Shown piece by piece: positions 1 to 8,422 of a stretch of 64,000 bases of DNA. The translations under genes were made by a program, and so were the position numbers. The stretch covers positions 75,130 through 139,129 of the forward strand of contig CAZFHY010000009.1 of assembly GCA_964519305.1 (NCBI GenBank). Direction: 5' to 3'. The stretch is from Candidatus Undinarchaeota archaeon (GTDB taxonomy: Archaea > SpSt-1190 > JASMDC01). The notes below the pieces were generated by a model, which ran no database searches, was not told the origin of the DNA, and was given only the letters and a program-made list of their open reading frames with translations. Within the stretch, counting starts at the first letter, position 1. Every line of letters begins with the position of its first letter.

Positions 1-225
1 ATCATAGTGACCCACGACACGGAGATGGCCGCCCTTGCTGACCGGCAGATCAAGCTCATTGATGGCCATGTCGTGTCGGACATACGGAACCACAAGCCTG
101 AAGTGAAAGCAAAAGGCAAGCAGTCGAAGAAGATCCCTAAGAAGAAGAAGAAGAAGACCGCTCCCAAGAAGAAAGTGACTGGAAAGAAAGGGACCGGTAA
201 GAAGAAGACCAAGAAACCTGCTTGA
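1..225 (+). CDS. ABC transporter ATP-binding protein (LolD/MacB-type), 3' fragment with Lys-rich tail
   Basis: Frame 1 reads IIVTHD..A..ADR.I.L.DG (H-loop end of an ABC ATPase), then a poly-Lys tail; the 5' part lies outside the window. Confidence 0.8.
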   Translation: MIVTHDTEMAALADRQIKLIDGHVVSDIRNHKPEVKAKGKQSKKIPKKKKKKTAPKKKVTGKKGTGKKKTKKPA

Positions 226-234
226 ATAACGGGC

Positions 235-651
235 TCACGACTGCATGAGCGCCCGCTCCACACTGTCCCGCAGTTCCCACTCGGTATCGTACTCCCATAC
301 CTTGAGATTGGGGTGAGCGTTCCCTGCCACCAGTGCCGAGAGCCGGGTGCCCTTCTGGCAGAAGCAGTGGACTGGCTTCCCCCACTCCAGGGCCAGCCCG
401 ATCTCCATCCCAACGCCCAGGCTCGGACGTGACACCTCGGCGATGAGCATCTCGCTCGTCCTCAGCCACTTCATGTCCCGGTCGAATATCTCCCGTTGCG
501 TGAGGGCGGCCTCCCGCTCCATCACATCAGGTGCTACGACATGCTCGGTGAGCACCGTGTGCCCGAGGTCCCTGATGGCATCGGCCATGGCGCGGGCGTT
601 CCCGATAGCAGCGCGGTCACCGGCGATGGGGGCGGCGAGATAGACGTCCAT
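235..651 (-). CDS. Nucleoside 2-deoxyribosyltransferase / DNPH1 (Rcl)-like N-glycosidase
   Basis: MDVYLAAPI...IFDRDMKWL...IAEVSRPSLGVGMEIG motif; start moved to ATG 651. Confidence 0.8.
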   Translation of the reverse strand: MDVYLAAPIAGDRAAIGNARAMADAIRDLGHTVLTEHVVAPDVMEREAALTQREIFDRDMKWLRTSEMLIAEVSRPSLGVGMEIGLALEWGKPVHCFCQKGTRLSALVAGNAHPNLKVWEYDTEWELRDSVERALMQS

Positions 652-702
652 GGGAGGCGATAATGGGACGCAGCCTTTTATTTCTTGGTCGGGAGGTGAA
701 CA

Positions 703-1482
703 ATGGTGGACATGGTGCCCCTGCCCCGTCGCATCCTTCTTGCCTGTGACCTGGACGACACGGTCGCAGGCGATACAGAGGGTGAGCGCCGGTTCACAAC
801 TGCCGTGAAGCTGGCACGTGACGCAGGCGTGCTTGTCCTTGCTTACGTCACCGGAAGATACCTTGCATCGGGCCAGCGACTGGTCGCCCAGCTCGGTCTT
901 CCGGAACCGGACTGGTGGGGATGCGACTCGGGAGCTTCGTTGTATCAGGTAGTGGATGGGGAAGCTATTGAACTGACCGGAGAGCTTTCTCAGGGACAAT
1001 GGGACGCTGAACAAGTACGCTCACGTCTGTCCGGGCACCCCGCGCTCGTCCCGCAGGACTTCGACAACGTCCGTCGTGTGAGCTATATCGTGACGAACGT
1101 GGAGCCACAATCTGTTGTCCAGGAAGTGAGAGGAGCGCTGGTAGGACTAGATGTCAGCGTCGCGCTCATCAAGGGCAACGGTCTGGACGTGCTCCCCGTA
1201 GGATGTGACAAGGGCGTGGCCGTAGCGTTCATAGCAGAGCACGAGGGTATCCCTGCAGGTAACGTCCTGGTGGTGGGTGACAGCGAGAACGATGTCCCCA
1301 TGCTCACGGGAGGATTCGGCCGGGCCGTTATAGTGGGGAACGCGGAGCCACATGTTAAAGAGGCGTTAAAGAATGAGGGCGTCATTGTAGAATCGGCCAC
1401 CCATGGGACTGCCGTGGCCGATGCTCTCGAATCGTTCATCTCAGAACGTGGATTTGCCCCTTCACCTACGAAAAGTTATTAA
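703..1482 (+). CDS. HAD-IIB family phosphatase, sucrose-phosphate phosphatase-like
   Basis: CDLDDT, YVTGR, LDVLP..CDKG.A and GDSEND motifs; GGAGGTGA RBS before ATG 703. Confidence 0.8.
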   Translation: MVDMVPLPRRILLACDLDDTVAGDTEGERRFTTAVKLARDAGVLVLAYVTGRYLASGQRLVAQLGLPEPDWWGCDSGASLYQVVDGEAIELTGELSQGQWDAEQVRSRLSGHPALVPQDFDNVRRVSYIVTNVEPQSVVQEVRGALVGLDVSVALIKGNGLDVLPVGCDKGVAVAFIAEHEGIPAGNVLVVGDSENDVPMLTGGFGRAVIVGNAEPHVKEALKNEGVIVESATHGTAVADALESFISERGFAPSPTKSY

Positions 1483-1519
1483 GCGACGACCCTCGCCCAT
1501 TCTTACCTGACGGGGTAAC

Positions 1520-2548
1520 TTGGACGTGTTGTCCGAACATCTTACTTTAGATGGGGAGAAGGATTCCCCCTCGCCCCAGGGCTGGGCACCCGAGGACAAG
1601 TACCTCTGGGACTTCTGGACCGTCGAGAAGGATGGCCAGCACCACATGTTCTACCTCCAGGCACCCCGTGACATCTCCGATCCCGAGATGCGCCACGGGA
1701 TGGCGACTGTGGGGCATGCCGTCTCCGACGACCTCGTCAACTGGGAGGAGATCGGTACTGCTTTGGGACCGGGACCGAAGGGCTCGTGGGACGACACCAG
1801 TATCTGGACCGGCTCCGTCATCGAGAAGGACGGGCGCTACTTCATGTTCTACACGTCCCGCTCCTCCGAGGATGACGGCCTGATCCAGCGCGTGGGTCTG
1901 GCGACCTCGGACGACCTCGTCAACTGGGAGAAGCAGCCCGGACCCGTCATGGAGGCCGACGCCAGGTGGTACGAGAAGCTCGGCGATCCCGGTGCGACAA
2001 CCGAGTCATGGCGCGATCCGCAAGTGGTGTACGACCCGTCAGATGGTTTCTACCACGCCTACGTGTGCGCCCGTACCAACGAGGGACCGCTCGATAGCAG
2101 AGGATGCATCGCCCATGCCCGCTCCAAGGACCTCTATGACTGGGAGGTGATGGCGCCCATCAGCGCCCCCGGGCACTTCTCGCAGATGGAGGTGCCCGTA
2201 ATGCACAAGCACGGGGACAAGTACCACCTATTCTTCGCCACAGACGAACGGTCGTACTCTTCGACGCACGAGAACGAGATAGAGGGCGCTCCGCAGACAG
2301 GAGTGTTCATGTACGTGTCCGACCGGCCAGACGGCGGGTTCCGACCTGCTGGCAACGAGGTGGTCATGGGCAGCGATACCAACGCCTACACATGTCGGAT
2401 CGTGCAGGGTGAGGACGGTCGCGACCGGCTGCTCACCTGGCTCTTCGAGGCCGAGGGCAGGGACGGGTTCGCGGGCGTCATCGACACGCCGTACATCGTC
2501 AGCTACAACGACGATGGTTCCATCGAACTGGAGCGCGAGGTCTACTAG
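1520..2548 (+). CDS. Clan GH-J glycoside hydrolase (GH32/GH68-like beta-fructofuranosidase)
   Basis: WDFW nucleophile motif, GHAVS.DLVNW, WTGS, WRDP, QMEVP; no signal peptide; start uncertain. Confidence 0.8.
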   Translation: MDVLSEHLTLDGEKDSPSPQGWAPEDKYLWDFWTVEKDGQHHMFYLQAPRDISDPEMRHGMATVGHAVSDDLVNWEEIGTALGPGPKGSWDDTSIWTGSVIEKDGRYFMFYTSRSSEDDGLIQRVGLATSDDLVNWEKQPGPVMEADARWYEKLGDPGATTESWRDPQVVYDPSDGFYHAYVCARTNEGPLDSRGCIAHARSKDLYDWEVMAPISAPGHFSQMEVPVMHKHGDKYHLFFATDERSYSSTHENEIEGAPQTGVFMYVSDRPDGGFRPAGNEVVMGSDTNAYTCRIVQGEDGRDRLLTWLFEAEGRDGFAGVIDTPYIVSYNDDGSIELEREVY

Positions 2549-2605
2549 CCCGCTCGTCCAAAAGGTAGTTAAATCGATATACCTCCTAGTCTGAGGAGGA
2601 TCATC

Positions 2606-3313
2606 ATGGAGAGAGCGTCACATGCAAAGAGGACGGGACCCATCATCGCCGTCCTTGCGACCATAATCCTTCTGTCCTTCATCCCGCTTGCGTTCGATAC
2701 CTACTCCGTAACGAGGGAGAAGGGAGAGGTCGGTGCTTTCAAGGAGGGTGTCCAGTTCGGGTACGAGATGGCCACCGAGATGCTGGCTCGCGAAGTGGGT
2801 TCTTGCCAGCCTATAGAGCTGTCGCTGGGAGACAAGATCGTGAACGTGACCGCCGTCGACTGTATCCGTGAGCGGGATGTCCAGGCGGGAGCACGCGTAG
2901 GGCATGACCAGGCGCTCATTCAGCTCATAAACCAGGCCGCGTCGTGCGAACCGGTCGCCGTCCATATGCAGGACCAGACCATCAACCTCACCATGGTCGA
3001 GTGCGTCCAGAACCGTGAGCTGCAGTTGGGTGCTCAGTACGGGTACGAGCGCGCCCTCACGCAGGTCGTCGCGCAGGCAGTTACGTGCGAGCCCGTCCCT
3101 ATCCAGCTACAGAACCAGACGGTCAATGTGACGGCGTCAGGTTGCGTGCAGCAGAAGGACGTCCAGGCCGGCGTCCAGTACGGCTACGAGATGGCGGTGA
3201 CACAGCTGATGACCGAAGCACAGAAGTGCCAGCCGGTCACAGCAAAGGTGCACAATAGGACGATCGACCTGATAGCCGTTGAATGCCTACAACCAATGAA
3301 CGTGACCACCTGA
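2606..3313 (+). CDS. Membrane-anchored hypothetical protein with four 47-aa two-Cys repeats
   Basis: N-terminal hydrophobic segment, GAGGAGG RBS, repeat G.Q.GYE.A...C(Q/E)P...NVT...C. Confidence 0.8.
   Translation: MERASHAKRTGPIIAVLATIILLSFIPLAFDTYSVTREKGEVGAFKEGVQFGYEMATEMLAREVGSCQPIELSLGDKIVNVTAVDCIRERDVQAGARVGHDQALIQLINQAASCEPVAVHMQDQTINLTMVECVQNRELQLGAQYGYERALTQVVAQAVTCEPVPIQLQNQTVNVTASGCVQQKDVQAGVQYGYEMAVTQLMTEAQKCQPVTAKVHNRTIDLIAVECLQPMNVTT
2735..3295 (+). repeat. Intragenic tandem repeat, 4 x 141 nt
   Basis: Equivalent Tyr/His codons at 2762, 2903, 3044 and 3185 (period 141 nt); boundaries approximate. Confidence 0.85.
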
Positions 3314-3400
3314 TACGTGATCAGTGATCCACACAAGTACTCCTTTCAGTAGTCACGAAAACATATCATCACCGGGGACCATCATTACTGATGGCCCCCT

Positions 3401-3465
3401 GGCGATGATGAGAGCCTTATGATGGTAGGGGAGCTATCTCCGATGACCGACCAGGGTACTGAGCC
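3401..3465 (+). ncRNA. Candidate box C/D guide sRNA
   Basis: GGC-G-ATGATGA (C box 3405-3411) ... CTGA (D box 3459-3462)-GCC; terminal stem, internal ATGA/ATGACCG D'/C'-like boxes and a hairpin; intergenic. Confidence 0.6.
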
Positions 3466-3504
3466 TGTGGGGCCACCAACCTTTTCAACCTTTCCCCGCG
3501 CGCC

Positions 3505-4539
3505 CTACTCCAGGTCACCGCGCAAGAGCTCCTTGATCTCGTTGCGCTCATGCCGTGCCTGCTGTAGCGATTCGGGAACCCTGAGAAGGTGGTCCATGGA
3601 CATACCCTTGTAGAAGTATCCGCCCACATCCTCGTCAGGAGCGAGCTTCTCCTTGTGGGAGACAGCATACGAGAGGTTGTGGAGGTAGTCCTTCCCGAGA
3701 CAGACCGCATACTTCGGGACGTTGAACAGTAGGCGCCATCGCATGCCACCCTTCACGTCGTTGTCCGTCAGCTTCCGCTTCGCGGCCAGTTGGGCAAGGT
3801 TGAAGAACCTCGTCGAGGCGATGCGGCCCAGGGAGTGCAGGACAGGTGAATCATACCACGAACCGCCCCGCTCTCCTGTGTACTCGTAGATCGGGTTCTC
3901 ACCGCCCCATACGTGCTTTATCCGCCCCTCTTCCTCGAGACGGTCGAAGGCGGACTGGTAGGAGCTCTTGATCTGCTGGAACATCTCACCGTACGTACCG
4001 GCCACCTCCATGCGCTCGATGCGTTCGGCCATCTCTGGCAGTGCCAGCACCTTCTTCACGATGGCGGTCTCGACGATGTCGTTGCGGGTCAGGTAGATGG
4101 GGACGTCCTCGTCGAGCCCCTTGGCCAGGTAAGCAACGTCGTCTAGCGCTTTTGTAGCGATCTCATACTTGTTCTCCACGTCAAGGGATTCAACGTACTC
4201 TCCGCCCACGGGCGCCTCGTAGTTGAACATAGTGGTCCCCACGTGCTCCAGGGACAGGCCACGCGCATCGGTGATGCCCCGCTCGAAACCGTCACGAGTG
4301 AGGGCGATCGCATGCACCTCCACGTCGTCGATGTAGAAGGATTCGAACCCGGCCTTGTCCTCGTACCCGTCCTCGAGAACAACGAAACAGTCGACGTCGG
4401 ATGCGGGCTTTGCGTATCCGTTGACCCGGGAGCCGTACACAAGGACCGCCTTGGCAGCGTCGCCGTAAAGCTCACCGATACCGTCAACTGCGCCCTCGAT
4501 GAGGTCCGCGTTCTCCTCAGGTGTGGCCAGCATGGTCAT
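3505..4539 (-). CDS. Nucleotidyltransferase-domain (Pol-beta/MNT-like) protein with long C-terminal extension
   Basis: VLVYGSRVNG...SDVDCFVV motif; GGAGG RBS before ATG 4539. Confidence 0.75.
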   Translation of the reverse strand: MTMLATPEENADLIEGAVDGIGELYGDAAKAVLVYGSRVNGYAKPASDVDCFVVLEDGYEDKAGFESFYIDDVEVHAIALTRDGFERGITDARGLSLEHVGTTMFNYEAPVGGEYVESLDVENKYEIATKALDDVAYLAKGLDEDVPIYLTRNDIVETAIVKKVLALPEMAERIERMEVAGTYGEMFQQIKSSYQSAFDRLEEEGRIKHVWGGENPIYEYTGERGGSWYDSPVLHSLGRIASTRFFNLAQLAAKRKLTDNDVKGGMRWRLLFNVPKYAVCLGKDYLHNLSYAVSHKEKLAPDEDVGGYFYKGMSMDHLLRVPESLQQARHERNEIKELLRGDLE

Positions 4540-4746
4540 CCGCAGGTCCTCCGTCCTACTAGACTGCATTTGGAGGCAGATCACCCCTATTTAAGTCGTA
4601 TCTTGGGGCGCAGGTGTGCTGTTTTGTGTCACGTTCCGCTGCGGCTCTTCCATGTGCCGCAAGGGGTCCAGAATTAGGTCCGGCCACTGGCCGGTTCGGT
4701 CCCATCATTACCGAGGGCGGGAGGCCGTCCACCTTCAGGTGGAGCC

Positions 4747-4962
4747 TCACTCCCGCCGCTCGCGTGCCCTACGGTTTATCGTCGTGTTGTGGATACGGGT
4801 GAGGTATCCGGCAACCTTATTGCGCAGCTTGGATGTCGGGAAGGTAAGAAGTTCTTCCGCCATCTGCTTGTTCTTGTAGAAGTCACTTGAGAACACTTCA
4901 GGGTGGTCCTCATAGAGCTTACCTGCTACGCGCTTTACGAGCGTTGTGCGAATTCGTCCCAG
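4747..4962 (-). CDS. rps17e: 30S ribosomal protein S17e (CTG start; not in ORF track)
   Basis: Manual translation (M)GRIRTTLVKRVAGKLYEDHPEVFSSDFYKNK...SKLRNKVAGYLTR; RBS GGAGGTGA at 4968-4975. Confidence 0.93.
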   Translation of the reverse strand: MGRIRTTLVKRVAGKLYEDHPEVFSSDFYKNKQMAEELLTFPTSKLRNKVAGYLTRIHNTTINRRARERRE

Positions 4963-4981
4963 TCATTTCACCTCCTTTTCA

Positions 4982-5482
4982 TCATATCGTGTCCAGCTCG
5001 ATGAGCTGAGGCTCCATGGAGCCAAGGTCGACTATCATTACCGTAGGGACACCCGTGAGGTACGGGCAGGTCTCTCCGGGATTGACCAGCAGGGTGTCGT
5101 CCCGCTGGATGATCTCATGCTTGTGGGTGTGGCCGCGCACGACCAGGTCGTAGTTACCGGATGAGAGCACGGCGGATACAAGCTTGGGGCTCTCGCCGTG
5201 GAGCATGGCGACCCGGCGGTTGGCCAGCTCTAGGTCGGCGAACCTCCCGTGGAAGGTGGCGATCCCATCGAACTTCTTGGTGAGGAAGGGTATGTCGCCG
5301 TCGTTGTTCCCGAACACCGCGGCCATGGGCGGTTTGAGCTCCCTGAAGGCGCGTGCGGTGAACGGGGAGACGAGGTCACCGGCGTGGAGCACGTACTCCA
5401 CGTCCTCCCGGTTGAAGGTGGCCACAGCGGACTCGATGAAGTCGATGTTATCATGCGAGTCGGACATCACTCCGATCCTCAT
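4982..5482 (-). CDS. Metallophosphoesterase, YfcE/MJ0936 family
   Basis: SDSHDN, HAGD, GNND, HG, GHTH and NPG motifs. Confidence 0.92.
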   Translation of the reverse strand: MRIGVMSDSHDNIDFIESAVATFNREDVEYVLHAGDLVSPFTARAFRELKPPMAAVFGNNDGDIPFLTKKFDGIATFHGRFADLELANRRVAMLHGESPKLVSAVLSSGNYDLVVRGHTHKHEIIQRDDTLLVNPGETCPYLTGVPTVMIVDLGSMEPQLIELDTI

Positions 5483-5511
5483 GCAATACACCTCCTGTCA
5501 TGTACCATGGT

Positions 5512-6759
5512 CTACACCGAGTTCTCCAGGATGCGGATGAAGGCGGGGCGAGATACGAGCACGCTGACGAGCACCCCGAGGATGGTCGTGATGGCGAAGC
5601 CCTTCACAGCGCCCAGACCGACGAAGGTCAATGGCACCATCGCGCAGATGGTAGTGGAGGCGGCGGCGAAGATGATGAAGAACGCACGCTTGATGCGCGC
5701 CCGCCAGCCGTACACACGCTTCGTGTCCACGTCGCCCCGAATCATGGTGTCAGCGATGATGACCTGGTGGTCCACACCGGTCCCCACCGCGGCGATGATG
5801 CCAGCGATGGCGGCCAGGTCGATCTGCCAGTGGATGAGCGAGGCCATCCCGAGGATGAGGATTATCTCCGAGGTGGAGGTGAAGAGGATGGAACCGACCA
5901 TGTAGGGCTCCCGGTACTTGACGATGAGGACGCACGCCACTCCGAGCAGTGCGACGAGGCCCGAGACCACGGATTGCTGCTTGAAGTCGGAACCGAGCTT
6001 GGGCGACACGTCGTTGATGGTCACGATGGATAGCTTGGTCGGTAACGCACCGGTAGACAGCACTGCCTGGAGGTAACGCATCTCGGAGAGCGCCTCCTCG
6101 CGGCTGGACGACGAGCCCTCGATACGGGCCTCGGTCGCTGGCTTGCACGCCATGCCCGACGCGATGCGGAGGTCTGACTTGACCACATCGTCCACCCTCA
6201 GGACCAGGTTGCACGCGGGCTCCAGGTACTCGCCTGTGGGATCGCGGGTGCAGTTGCACGTGGCGTCGGCGAACTTCCGCGCCTCATCGAAGTGCATCTC
6301 CACAGAGAACCAGAAGCGGAATACGTTCTCGCTCACCTGCGAGGTCCCGCTGCGCTGGGCATCGGTGAAAACGCGCTTGGTCTTTGTGAAGATTGTCTTG
6401 TTGCGGATCTGGCCCTCGAACTTGCCCTCTGCTTCGAGGTACCGTTCCGCCTCGGTGCGGTTCACACCGGCGAAGTCGATTATGATATACGAATTGCCCG
6501 AGAGCACATCGCTGACCACGCGGGTCGTCACGTCCTTAAGGGCGATGCGGTTGATACGCTGGTTGATGACGTTCCGTGCCGTCTCCAGGACGTCGGGGCC
6601 CACGGTGGCGTTGGGGGCCATGACGACGCGGACACCGCCCGAGATGTCGAGCCCGGTGTCGATACCACGGAACACGACGAGCGTGATGGACGCGATGAGG
6701 ATGATCACGAGCAGGAGCACTTGAGGCTCCTTCAGGATCTTCTCGAAGTCCGGTTTCAT
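5512..6759 (-). CDS. secD: Protein translocase subunit SecD (archaeal type)
   Basis: GLDISGG, L.TGALP..L, SPKLG..F, AGII..VGTGVDHQ..I.D, GFAITTILGVL...VSRP. Confidence 0.93.
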   Translation of the reverse strand: MKPDFEKILKEPQVLLLVIILIASITLVVFRGIDTGLDISGGVRVVMAPNATVGPDVLETARNVINQRINRIALKDVTTRVVSDVLSGNSYIIIDFAGVNRTEAERYLEAEGKFEGQIRNKTIFTKTKRVFTDAQRSGTSQVSENVFRFWFSVEMHFDEARKFADATCNCTRDPTGEYLEPACNLVLRVDDVVKSDLRIASGMACKPATEARIEGSSSSREEALSEMRYLQAVLSTGALPTKLSIVTINDVSPKLGSDFKQQSVVSGLVALLGVACVLIVKYREPYMVGSILFTSTSEIILILGMASLIHWQIDLAAIAGIIAAVGTGVDHQVIIADTMIRGDVDTKRVYGWRARIKRAFFIIFAAASTTICAMVPLTFVGLGAVKGFAITTILGVLVSVLVSRPAFIRILENSV

Positions 6760-7727
6760 TCGTCCACCCCCTCAAGTCGCCACTTGATGATGCCAGCGTT
6801 CTGGATCCAAGTGTTGATGACGTCGACGCTGATACCCAGAAGGAGCACTGTGGCGATCTCCTGTAGTACAGCGGCGTTGGATAGCAGGAGGATGGCGGTC
6901 ACTGCGGCGATGGTAGTGGCCTCCATGGTGAGTCCTGTCATCATGGCGTCGAATATCCGATCGACGATACGACCCTCGCGACGCTTGAGTATGCGGGTAG
7001 TAAGGAGGATGTCCGAGTCAACGGAATAACCGATGAGCATCAGAAGCGCGGCGATGGTGGGCATCGAAAGCTTGATGCCCAATAGAGACATGAGCGCGTA
7101 GCTCTCCACTATATCGGAGAAGGCCGCGAGCATCACTGCCCCGGAGATGACGGGCTCACGGAAGAGTAGCGCGATAACAGCCCCCATGAGGACGAATGCA
7201 ATCAATACTGCACGCTGTGCACCGGCGAAGGTGGACGCACTGATGGACGGATTGACCTGGTGGATGCTGTAGCTCCCGGTATCAATGTCTATGTTCAGCT
7301 GCTTCCCCAGTTCGGCCAGTATGGCATCCTTGTCGGGATCGCCCCCGACCTCGACCGCCACCTGGGTCTCGCCAGTGAGCGCGTTCTTGAGGACACGCAG
7401 CCGGATGTCCGAGCCGAAGCGACTTTGGAGCGCGCTCTCCAGCGTATTGGCGTTGACAGCAATATCGGTCTGGATGACTATCGAAAGTCCACCCTTGAGA
7501 TCTATGTCCTGCTCGGGCGGCATGGTGAATGCTATGACGAGAGCAATTGCGAGCATGGCGAAGGGGAGGATCATGAGCGTCTTGTAGTTCTTGTCGTAGT
7601 ATTCTCTGAATTCGGCGATCTTAGGATGGAGCTCCTCCTTGGTCGTCTCTTCCTCGACCTTCTTTTTTTGGACCTTCTTAGGGACTTTGTCCTTCTTCCG
7701 GCCCTTGCTCTTCTTCTTGTCCGCCAT
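6756..7727 (-). CDS. secF: Protein translocase subunit SecF (archaeal type)
   Basis: IDLKGG, AALLMLIGYSVDSDILLTTR, NTWIQNAGI; overlaps the secD start. Confidence 0.93.
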   Translation of the reverse strand: MADKKKSKGRKKDKVPKKVQKKKVEEETTKEELHPKIAEFREYYDKNYKTLMILPFAMLAIALVIAFTMPPEQDIDLKGGLSIVIQTDIAVNANTLESALQSRFGSDIRLRVLKNALTGETQVAVEVGGDPDKDAILAELGKQLNIDIDTGSYSIHQVNPSISASTFAGAQRAVLIAFVLMGAVIALLFREPVISGAVMLAAFSDIVESYALMSLLGIKLSMPTIAALLMLIGYSVDSDILLTTRILKRREGRIVDRIFDAMMTGLTMEATTIAAVTAILLLSNAAVLQEIATVLLLGISVDVINTWIQNAGIIKWRLEGVDE

Positions 7728-7793
7728 GCGCTCGCCGCCTTCCAAAATGCTTTTCAATCTGGCCCCCTAAGAGGGGACTAGGTGGGATGGCCG

Positions 7794-8390
7794 ATGCCTG
7801 ATATTTATAAAGCTAACCGAAACGTGTTCGCGCTCTCAAGAAGGTTCCGTCGGTCGGGTAATGTGGCCTCACCGATGGACTTCGGGATTATTGTCGCCGT
7901 CACAGGAGTCGGGCGCGGCTGGCGCGTGCTCGAGGCGGGATGCGGTTCCGGATTCCTGACCTCCTTCCTCTCGGACTATGTCGGTCCGGAAGGGTCCATT
8001 TTGACCTATGAGGTACGCGAGGAGGCCGTGCGCATCGCCCGATCCAACCTCGCGATAGCCGGCGCTGATAACGTGGAGCTCGTGGAGGGGCCCCTGAGCG
8101 TAGAAGGGCACGAGCAGCCCTTCGACCTTGTCTGCCTCGACATGCGTGACGCGGACGCGGTCCTCCCGGAAGTCACGGGAGTGGTGAAGAAAGGGGGCTG
8201 GGTGTTCGTGTACTCGCCCTTCATGGAACAGGTCGCTGCCGTTCATCGGGCGGCTGGTGACCTCCCCCTCAAGAACATCGTCACTTATGAGCCGCTCGTA
8301 CGCGAGATGCATGTTGACGACAGGGGTACTCGCGGTCGGACCCAGTTCCTCGGACAGGCCAGGTTCCTGACCTTCGCCCAAAAGGCATAG
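7794..8390 (+). CDS. trmI: tRNA (adenine-N1)-methyltransferase TrmI/Gcd14 family, N-terminally short
   Basis: P.D.G.I, VLEAGCGSG.LT, TYEVRE, LD, YSPFMEQV, R..HVD.RGTR; start uncertain (7782-7824). Confidence 0.8.
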   Translation: MPDIYKANRNVFALSRRFRRSGNVASPMDFGIIVAVTGVGRGWRVLEAGCGSGFLTSFLSDYVGPEGSILTYEVREEAVRIARSNLAIAGADNVELVEGPLSVEGHEQPFDLVCLDMRDADAVLPEVTGVVKKGGWVFVYSPFMEQVAAVHRAAGDLPLKNIVTYEPLVREMHVDDRGTRGRTQFLGQARFLTFAQKA

Positions 8391-8422
8391 GTTTTTTCAA
8401 GTTTGACGACATAGTTGCTAAC

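Noticed and set aside
235-1014. 259-aa ORF as given in the track
   Set aside because: The N-terminal 120 aa are antisense to the HAD gene; homology starts at ATG 651
4600-4746. Hairpin-rich spacer after rps17e with ATGATGG...CTGG, considered as a C/D RNA or fluoride riboswitch
   Set aside because: The D box lacks the essential GA, no C'/D' pair is present and the riboswitch consensus is not met; probably terminator hairpins
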